This document shows, piece by piece, positions 1 through 5,248 of a DNA stretch of 5,248 bases (its first letter is position 1; each line of letters starts with the position of its first letter). Below the pieces are notes generated by a model. The model was given only the letters and a program-made list of their open reading frames with translations, made no database searches and was not told the origin of the DNA. This DNA is from an uncultured Erysipelotrichaceae bacterium (GTDB lineage: Bacteria > Bacillota_I > Bacilli_A > Erysipelotrichales > Erysipelotrichaceae): positions 1 to 5,248 of the forward strand of contig CAYWGS010000107.1 in NCBI GenBank assembly GCA_964457525.1, given 5' to 3'. The translations under genes and the position numbers were made by a program.

Positions 1-801
1 ATTAATCGCATCAATCCAACGACGATATGCCTTAATAATAACACCAATGTAATAAGCCGACTTCATTCTACCTTCTACTTTTAGACTATAAACACCTGCA
101 TTCATCATATTCTCAATCTGATCCATCGCCATTAAGTCTTTTGAACTCATGGAGAATGCCGTATCACTCGGACTTAACTTCTCACCCTCTTGATATAAAT
201 CATACGCCCAACGACACGATTGTGCACATCCACCACGATTCGCATCTCTTAGTGTCATTTCATTACTGAGTGTACAACGACCAGAATAGTTAACACACAT
301 ACCTCCATGAATAAAGACTTCAATCGGTAAAATGTTTTTATTTGTGATTTCTTTAATCGTATCCATACTCAATTCACGAGCTAACACGATACGATCCACT
401 CCAAACTCTTTATAGAACTTCATGGTTTCCGTATTCGTAATGGATAATTGAGTACTTAGATGCACTTCCATATTTGGCGCAACTTTCTTACTCAATTTCG
501 CAATCCCAATCGATGCGACAATAACCGCATCCACATGAATCGAATTTAATTCGATAAGGTATTCTTCTAATCCTTTTAAATCCCCTTGATGAGGAATCAT
601 ATTGACAGTAACGAATACGCGTTTACCCTTGGCATGTGCATAATCCACCGCATCTTTAATATCTTTTACTTCAAAGTTAGAGGCACGATAACGTAAAGAG
701 AATCGCTTACCTCCAATATAAATCGCATCTGCCCCAAAATCTAAGGCAACCTTTGCACGTTCTAAATCTCCTGCAGGAGCGAGTAATTCAATGTTTGTCA
801 T
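1..801 (-). CDS. yrrO: Peptidase-U32-family protein, YrrO/TrhP-type. Only the N-terminal 267 codons are present because the 3' end runs off the left edge of the window.
   Basis: This gene is absent from the ORF track because it is edge-truncated. Manual translation of the minus strand from ATG 801..799 gives 267 codons with no stop: MTNIELLAPAGDLERAKVALDFGADAIYIGGKRFSLRYRASNFEV...VAPNMEVHLSTQLSITN...VDRIVLARELSMDTIKEI...PIEVFIHGGMCVNYSGRCTLSNEMTLRDANRGGCAQSCRWAYDLYQEG...SLKVEGRMKS. U32-family hallmarks are the ELLAPAG N-terminus, the HG-x-x-C block and the four-Cys motif C-x6-C-x15-C-x3-C (Cys codons at 297..295, 276..274, 228..226 and 216..214). A strong SD, GAGGAGGG (815..808), lies 6 nt upstream. 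The ATG overlaps the upstream stop codon as TAATG. Confidence 0.9.
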   Translation of the reverse strand, partial: MTNIELLAPAGDLERAKVALDFGADAIYIGGKRFSLRYRASNFEVKDIKDAVDYAHAKGKRVFVTVNMIPHQGDLKGLEEYLIELNSIHVDAVIVASIGIAKLSKKVAPNMEVHLSTQLSITNTETMKFYKEFGVDRIVLARELSMDTIKEITNKNILPIEVFIHGGMCVNYSGRCTLSNEMTLRDANRGGCAQSCRWAYDLYQEGEKLSPSDTAFSMSSKDLMAMDQIENMMNAGVYSLKVEGRMKSAYYIGVIIKAYRRWIDAIN

Positions 802-1673
802 TATTTACCCTCCTCTTTACTCATATTCGTCTTACGATAATAATACGCTTGACCTAATCTTAATATTGTTTGAGCTTGTGCATCATCTAATGTAATTGAG
901 TCATTGGTTAATAAGTCAACCAACTGAATAAAATCAGTTTCCTTTAACATACAATCATCGTAATGTAGGCCAAAACAAGATGAATCCTTCATAAGGATTT
1001 GTTCATGTTTAGGGAAAAGAACGGTATCCAAGAAGATACTGGTTCCTTGATTTTCTTCAAGTATTGGGAAGTATTGATCACGTTTATATTCTTTAATCAC
1101 AAGATTGGTTTGATTCAATACATCACGTTCCATCTTGATTTCATCTAAGTAATTACGAACTAAAGGACGTTTACTGAATGACATTAAACCATAACCTAAA
1201 CCAAATGCTTCAATCTTATTTGGGAATAGATTCATAAGTGTTGTGATTTCTTCTAAGGTTAACTCTTTCGATAAGACAACACGATCCACTAATTCGAGTA
1301 GAACTTCAATATCCATCGCATTGGTTAAGATTGTTTCAGGAGAATAGATCAACTCACCTTCATAGTTTAATGCTTTTAGATGATTGTATACCGCAAAGTC
1401 ATTGAAATAGAACCCTTTTGGTTGAAGTTGTATACACTCTTTTAACCAAACCTTTAAATCATCTAATTGTAATTCTTCAATGTATCCATTGACTTGAATA
1501 TACGGAAGATAACCTAATAATTTAGATTGATTAAATAATTCGATAAACTGAGTTTCTGTTTGAATATGTGGATGGCGATAGGAAAAGTTGGGTTCTGTTA
1601 GAATACATTCCCATTCTTTATCCTTAAATTGTTTGAGAATAGTTAAATTCTCAGTATGCAAAAATGTTTTCAT
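801..1673 (-). CDS. yrrN: Divergent U32-family paralog (YrrN/TrhP1-like) lacking the Fe-S cysteine motif
   Basis: The 290-aa ORF is visibly paralogous to the downstream U32 gene. VDRVVLSKELTLEEIT aligns with VDRIVLARELSMDTIK. KIEAFGLGYGLMSFSKRPLVRNYL aligns with PIEVFIHGGMCVNYSGRCTLSNEM. The block RDQYFPILEENQGTSIF matches the U32-typical block (E/D-x-x-G-T followed by hydrophobic residues). An SD, GAGGA (1683..1679), lies inside the last codons of the upstream MFS gene, 5 nt before the ATG. The stop codon overlaps the next gene's ATG. Confidence 0.8.
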   Translation of the reverse strand: MKTFLHTENLTILKQFKDKEWECILTEPNFSYRHPHIQTETQFIELFNQSKLLGYLPYIQVNGYIEELQLDDLKVWLKECIQLQPKGFYFNDFAVYNHLKALNYEGELIYSPETILTNAMDIEVLLELVDRVVLSKELTLEEITTLMNLFPNKIEAFGLGYGLMSFSKRPLVRNYLDEIKMERDVLNQTNLVIKEYKRDQYFPILEENQGTSIFLDTVLFPKHEQILMKDSSCFGLHYDDCMLKETDFIQLVDLLTNDSITLDDAQAQTILRLGQAYYYRKTNMSKEEGK

Positions 1674-1674
1674 T

Positions 1675-2982
1675 TTAATCCTCGAAGAATGTTTGATGTT
1701 TCTTGTTAAAGACGAGTTGGATAAAGACGATTGTAATCACACTTAATCCAGTAATTAACATAAACACCCATTGTGATAATTCTAATCCTGTTAAAGTTTG
1801 TGGTAAAAGTTGTAGGAGTAATGCATAAATCTTATCCCCATAAAAGATACCAATCGCAAAGAAGGTTTGGTAAATCCCCATGGTAATCTCACGCATATCC
1901 CTTTCAAACGGCTGCATCGCCAACCCAAGTAGAATATTATAGGTAATACCATACCCTAAACCACTGAGTGGAGTAATCAAGAAGATGAGCCAAGAATTAG
2001 TCGAGAATGAACAAATCAAGGTAAAGATTGCGCTCATGGCTAAACCTAGAATTAAACTCTTCTTAACCCCAATAAGTTTCTTAAGGGATAAACCTACCAT
2101 CACTCCACCAAAGAGTTGTGCAACCGCATAACCAACATCAATATACGCAACCATTAAAGGATGCATATCAATGCCTTCCATACGTACAAAACTAATTAAG
2201 TTTGATCCACTGGTAGAGAAACGAATAAAGGATACGATAACACCCGATAAGGCAATGCTCATAAACCAAGGGTTTGTTAGAGCTTGTTTAAACTTTTGAA
2301 CATTGAAGTTGCGAATATCTTCTTTATTATCTTTAACAAAGAATAAGAAGATCAACGCCACAACCCCAATGACTGCACTCGTTAACCACATGCCAGGATA
2401 ATCATTTGGTTTAGTTGCAGTAAAGATATATTGAATTGGCGCAACCAAGAACTCCGCAAGAAGTGGCGCAACCGATAAAATCGAAACAGACATAATCGCT
2501 TGTTTAGCACTAAAGGTTTCAGAGAATAAGACATTAAATAAACTTAACATACTTGCGCCTAAACCTAAGGCAAGCGATGAAAACATCAAAGTATCATAGT
2601 TTGGATTAAAGTAAACCATAACTGAAGATACGATAATAAATACTAAAGCTAAAGCGATAAAGAACTTACGAGATTTAAAGAAATCCGATAAGGCAAAAAT
2701 CGGTAATCGTACAAATATGGAAATCAAACCATACGCAGCCGCAATATTCGCTGCCATGATTCCATCCATCGCTAAACCACCTGCTTCAAGTGCTCCACCT
2801 GCATAGGCTTTACGATACGCACGAATAAGATTGATGGCGGACCAGAATAATACCAATAAGATATAGATCAGTATTTGGTACTGGCTCAGTTTATATTTAC
2901 GTGCTAGATAAATCGTTACACTTAGACTTATGATAATCGTAATACTACTTAAGAATAATTTATGGGTCAATAGTTCTAACAT
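1675..2982 (-). CDS. MFS-type polytopic membrane transporter, substrate unknown
   Basis: The 435-aa ORF has about 12 to 13 long hydrophobic segments. These are split by a charged central loop (KDNKEDIRNFNVQKFKQALTNP) into two halves, which is typical of the major facilitator superfamily. An MFS motif-A-like cytoplasmic loop, RLPIFALSDFFKSRKF (about 2709..2662), is present. An SD, AGGA (2994..2991), lies 8 nt upstream of ATG 2982..2980. I recognise no subfamily or substrate. Confidence 0.8.
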   Translation of the reverse strand: MLELLTHKLFLSSITIIISLSVTIYLARKYKLSQYQILIYILLVLFWSAINLIRAYRKAYAGGALEAGGLAMDGIMAANIAAAYGLISIFVRLPIFALSDFFKSRKFFIALALVFIIVSSVMVYFNPNYDTLMFSSLALGLGASMLSLFNVLFSETFSAKQAIMSVSILSVAPLLAEFLVAPIQYIFTATKPNDYPGMWLTSAVIGVVALIFLFFVKDNKEDIRNFNVQKFKQALTNPWFMSIALSGVIVSFIRFSTSGSNLISFVRMEGIDMHPLMVAYIDVGYAVAQLFGGVMVGLSLKKLIGVKKSLILGLAMSAIFTLICSFSTNSWLIFLITPLSGLGYGITYNILLGLAMQPFERDMREITMGIYQTFFAIGIFYGDKIYALLLQLLPQTLTGLELSQWVFMLITGLSVITIVFIQLVFNKKHQTFFED

Positions 2983-3006
2983 GTTACATTTCCTTTTAAC
3001 CTAACA

Positions 3007-3015
3007 ATTGTATCA
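3007..3015 (-). promoter_or_regulatory. Candidate extended -10 element (TGaTACAAT) for the MFS/U32 operon
   Basis: The reverse complement of 3007..3015 reads TGATACAAT, which fits TGn plus a near-consensus -10 hexamer. It lies about 25 nt upstream of the MFS start, leaving room for a short leader that contains the SD. The hexamer at 17-nt spacing (CTTTAT) is a poor -35, which extended -10 promoters tolerate. This call rests on sequence pattern only. Confidence 0.35.
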
Positions 3016-3056
3016 AATTTTGTGAAAAAATAAAGGTCTCGTTATTTAGTATGGTG

Positions 3057-3062
3057 TATAAT
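3057..3062 (+). promoter_or_regulatory. Candidate -10 hexamer (TATAAT) for the ltaE operon
   Basis: A perfect TATAAT sits at 3057..3062, 21 nt upstream of the ltaE ATG, and is followed by the SD AGAGG (3073..3077). I could find no convincing -35 hexamer at 16 to 18 nt spacing, so confidence is low. Confidence 0.3.
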
Positions 3063-3083
3063 CAATAAAAACAGAGGTTAATT

Positions 3084-4109
3084 ATGAAAACAATTGATTT
3101 AAGAAGCGATACCGTTACACAACCAACCGATGCGATGCGTCAAGCAATGGCCAATGCGATTGTTGGGGATGATGTTTATCAAGATGATCCAACCGTTATT
3201 GAACTCGAAAAATATGCGGCAGAACTCGTAGGTAAAGAAGCAGCTCTTTTTGTTCCAAGTGGTACCATGGGCAATCAATTGTGTTTGATGACCCATACTA
3301 AACGTGGAGATGAAATCGTGACTGGATCAAACAACCATATCGTTATTCATGAAGTTGGATCGGTTGCGGTACTCTCTCAAGCTAATCTTAGAACAATTTC
3401 ACACCCAAATGATTTTATCTTACCAAGTGATTTCAAGAAAGCGATTCGTTCAAGTGATATTCATGAACCACAAACAACCGTACTAAGTATGGAGAATGCA
3501 TTATCCAATGGTCAAGTTATGCCTTTATTGCTCATGAAGGAAAATTACGAGATTGCGAAAGCAAATCATATCAATGTCCATTTAGATGGTGCACGTTTAT
3601 TCAATGCGGCAACCTATCTTAAATGTGATCCTAAAGAATTAACTCAATATACTGATAGTGTGATGTTCTGTTTATCCAAAGGATTATGCGCTCCTGTTGG
3701 TTCAATGATTGCGGGTTCTAAAGAATTCATTGAACGTGCTCGTAAGAATCGTAAGTTGTTGGGTGGTGGGATGCGTCAAGCAGGTATCTTAGCTGCAGCA
3801 GGTCTTATTGCGCTTAAGGAAATGACAAAACGTTTAGATGAAGATCATCAAAATGCGATTTATCTTGCGCTTGAATTACAGAAGACAGGTTTGTTTACAG
3901 TTAACTTAGAGAACATTCATATTAATATGGTCTTCTTTGATGTCGTAAATCCAAACTTTGACTTTAAAGCATTTGAAGAGTATTTAAATAAACATGGTGT
4001 TAAAATAAATCCAAATTACAATGGTTATCGATTTGTGACCCATTATTGGATTACACGTGAAGATATCGATACATTGATTACACTCATAAAAAACTATGCC
4101 AAAAATTAA
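3084..4109 (+). CDS. ltaE: Low-specificity L-threonine aldolase (PLP-dependent, beta-eliminating-lyase fold)
   Basis: The 341-aa ORF carries the characteristic N-terminal block DLRSDTVTQPT...GDDVYQDDPTV...LFVPSGTMGNQ. It also has HLDGARLFNA (the PLP-binding Asp and Arg), the Schiff-base lysine context FCLSKGLCAPVGS (Lys codon 3678..3680) and RKLLGGGMRQAG. An SD, AGAGG, lies 6 nt upstream of the ATG. Confidence 0.95.
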   Translation: MKTIDLRSDTVTQPTDAMRQAMANAIVGDDVYQDDPTVIELEKYAAELVGKEAALFVPSGTMGNQLCLMTHTKRGDEIVTGSNNHIVIHEVGSVAVLSQANLRTISHPNDFILPSDFKKAIRSSDIHEPQTTVLSMENALSNGQVMPLLLMKENYEIAKANHINVHLDGARLFNAATYLKCDPKELTQYTDSVMFCLSKGLCAPVGSMIAGSKEFIERARKNRKLLGGGMRQAGILAAAGLIALKEMTKRLDEDHQNAIYLALELQKTGLFTVNLENIHINMVFFDVVNPNFDFKAFEEYLNKHGVKINPNYNGYRFVTHYWITREDIDTLITLIKNYAKN

Positions 4110-4611
4110 CTGTGTCAATTGTGGATCAGACTCAATACTTCCCTTTGAATATGGTACTCCCGATGAAGAAATGATGCATAGAATTGAATCAGGTCAGGTC
4201 TTACATGGTGGTTGTGCAATCCAAGGGCTCATGCAAGCACACTATTGCTTAGAGTGTGATACACGTTTTGATCTGCAATGTACAGAAGAGTTTCTAAATC
4301 ATATTAAAGCTTTAACCTATACGTCAAAAGAATATCAGATAACCATCTATTTCCATTTAGATCATTTAGTGTTAAATGCAAAGTATGTTGAAAAGGAAAT
4401 TCCTTATCTTACTGAATTCAAAGAAGCTTTTAAGCATACAGCCCTTGAATTCTGGAAAGATGATAATGGGGATGAATGGAGTATTGATATTGATTGTCCT
4501 GGGTATTTTAGAAATTCAATTCATTTAAAGGGTACAGAATTTAGACCAAGTACTTTTTATAAATTCAGCGAATTCTTAAATCAAGTATTACACTATAAAC
4601 AAGGAGGTTAA
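4096..4611 (+). CDS. Hypothetical protein with an N-terminal four-Cys zinc ribbon and an uncharacterised C-terminal domain
   Basis: The 171-aa ORF has CVNC (aa 6-9) and CLEC (aa 51-54), which form a C-x2-C...C-x2-C pair (about 4111..4257). Between them lies FEYGTPDEEMMHRIESGQVLHGGC. The start is tightly constrained: an in-frame TAA lies at 4087..4089, and the first CxxC begins 5 codons after ATG 4096. The gene overlaps the ltaE 3' end by 14 nt and has no recognisable SD. Its last codons (CAA GGA GGT) form the SD of the downstream gene. I recognise no family for aa 60-171. Confidence 0.7.
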   Translation: MPKINCVNCGSDSILPFEYGTPDEEMMHRIESGQVLHGGCAIQGLMQAHYCLECDTRFDLQCTEEFLNHIKALTYTSKEYQITIYFHLDHLVLNAKYVEKEIPYLTEFKEAFKHTALEFWKDDNGDEWSIDIDCPGYFRNSIHLKGTEFRPSTFYKFSEFLNQVLHYKQGG

Positions 4612-4613
4612 GT

Positions 4614-5248
4614 ATGCCAAACTGTATACATCTACCGCTTAATTACTCTAAAACAGAATCCCCTAATATCTTAAATGTCTCTGTGATATGGGATGATGAA
4701 GATCTTATCTTAGTGGATTGTGGTAATCCAAACTCCCTTGAATTATTACAAGATGCTTTGAAGTGGAATGGATTATCTTTAAATAAACTAACTAAAATTA
4801 TTATTACTCATCATGATTATGATCATTATGGTTCTCTTGCGGAACTTAAAGAGAAATATCCTAATGTAAAAGTCTATGCGACACAAGTTGAAGCAGATTA
4901 TATTAATGGATCTAAACGTTCATTACGATTGGTTCAAGCAGAATCCATCTACCCAACCCTTCAAGATAACCAGAAGGAACAAGCCATGGCATTTCATAAG
5001 AAATTAGAATCAATTACTCCAACTCAAGTTGATGAAATACTTGAAATTGATACCGATTATCCTTGGTGTGGTGGAATAACCATTATCTCTACACCGGGTC
5101 ACATGCCTGGTCATATATCGGTTTATCATAAACCAACAAAAACCATGATTACGGGAGATGCGATGGTCATTGAACACGGTAAACTCGAAACAGCGAATCC
5201 ACGTTATACCTTGGATAATGAGAATGCCTATAAATCAATGAAGAAGTT
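4614..5248 (+). CDS. MBL-fold metallo-hydrolase. Only the N-terminal 211 codons are present because the gene continues past the right edge.
   Basis: This gene is absent from the ORF track because it is edge-truncated. Manual translation from ATG 4614 gives MPNCIHLPLNYSKTESPNILNVSVIWDDEDLILVDCGNPNSLELLQDALKWNGLSLNKLTKIIITHHDYDHYGSL...ITIISTPGHMPGHISVYHKPTKTMITGDAMV... with no stop up to position 5248. MBL-fold signatures are LVDCG, the T-H-x-x-x-D-H-x-G motif (4806..4832), TPGH (about 5091..5102) and the GD motif. A consensus SD, AAGGAGG (4601..4607), lies 6 nt upstream. Confidence 0.9.
   Translation, partial: MPNCIHLPLNYSKTESPNILNVSVIWDDEDLILVDCGNPNSLELLQDALKWNGLSLNKLTKIIITHHDYDHYGSLAELKEKYPNVKVYATQVEADYINGSKRSLRLVQAESIYPTLQDNQKEQAMAFHKKLESITPTQVDEILEIDTDYPWCGGITIISTPGHMPGHISVYHKPTKTMITGDAMVIEHGKLETANPRYTLDNENAYKSMKK

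Noticed and set aside
1-1673. Reading the two U32 genes as collagenase-type secreted proteases or virulence factors.
   Set aside because: The complete 290-aa protein and the N-terminus of the truncated downstream gene show no signal peptide. The retained Fe-S cysteine motif and the YrrN/YrrO-like pairing fit the cytoplasmic RNA or quinone hydroxylation role now established for this family better than the historical protease label does.
2996-3081. A 7-bp inverted repeat, TTAACCT (2996..3002) and AGGTTAA (3075..3081), placing AGGTTAA upstream of both divergent start codons.
   Set aside because: The repeat is short and the two arms are separated by 72 nt. In ltaE the AGG portion is simply part of the SD. 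A 7-mer match of this kind is expected by chance in AT-rich DNA, and it is not positioned like a paired operator.
3099-3296. A 65-aa minus-strand ORF from the supplied track.
   Set aside because: It lies entirely antisense within the most conserved N-terminal block of the confidently identified threonine aldolase gene. It has no SD, and its composition is typical of antisense read-through. I judge it a spurious shadow ORF.
4088-4109. An A6 run (4088..4093) in the ltaE/zinc-ribbon overlap that could allow a +1 slip fusing LtaE to the zinc-ribbon protein.
   Set aside because: The geometry does permit a fusion, because the zinc-ribbon frame is +1 relative to ltaE and is open after the TAA at 4087..4089. 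However, no slow or rare codon or stop follows the slippery site. No stimulatory structure is evident. Six A residues is shorter than the runs usually associated with efficient transcriptional slippage. An independent ATG exists at exactly the right place, so ordinary overlapping genes are the simpler reading.
4809-4830. A palindrome-rich, low-complexity DNA stretch, catcatgattatgatcattatg (TCATGA and ATGATCAT are perfect palindromes).
   Set aside because: It is fully explained by the codons for the His/Asp-rich metal-binding motif HHDYDHY (CAT, GAT and TAT repeats). There is no reason to invoke a protein-binding site or a recombination site.
4614-5248. Reading the MBL-fold gene as a beta-lactam resistance determinant.
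   Set aside because: There is no signal peptide or lipobox at the N-terminus. The site-1 motif is non-canonical (Asp replaces the second His). The gene sits in a metabolic operon, and no mobile-element context is present. It is far more likely to be a cytoplasmic hydrolase of the broad MBL superfamily.
1-5248. A search for mobile elements, CRISPR repeats, tRNA or rRNA genes, defence-system signatures, and compositional breaks that would suggest an island.
   Set aside because: No direct or inverted long repeats are visible. No transposase, integrase or nuclease-like ORFs are present, and I saw no structured-RNA candidates. Codon and base composition look uniform across both operons. The window reads as core chromosomal metabolism rather than an accessory island.

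Overview
This AT-rich window is almost entirely coding and looks like a low-GC Firmicutes or Mollicutes-type chromosome, read in the standard genetic code. All four complete genes end in TAA. Two tightly packed operons diverge from a 101-bp control region at 2983..3083.

The minus-strand operon runs off the left edge. It encodes an MFS-type polytopic membrane transporter (2982..1675), a cysteine-less divergent U32-family paralog similar to YrrN/TrhP1 (1673..801), and a canonical U32-family protein similar to YrrO/TrhP2 that keeps a full C-x6-C-x15-C-x3-C motif (801..1, truncated by the window edge).

The plus-strand operon runs off the right edge. It encodes a low-specificity L-threonine aldolase (3084..4109), a 171-aa orphan protein with an N-terminal four-cysteine zinc ribbon and an unrecognised C-terminal domain (4096..4611), and an MBL-fold metallo-hydrolase (4614..5248, truncated by the window edge). 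I found the two edge-truncated genes by manual translation because they are missing from the supplied ORF track.

I see no rRNA, tRNA, CRISPR array, transposase, integrase, long repeat or convincing terminator. I also see no clear multi-gene novel system such as a defence island.

The items most worth follow-up are the orphan zinc-ribbon protein coupled between ltaE and the MBL hydrolase, and the MFS transporter translationally coupled to a U32 pair in which one partner is degenerate. Functional ideas for both are inference only.
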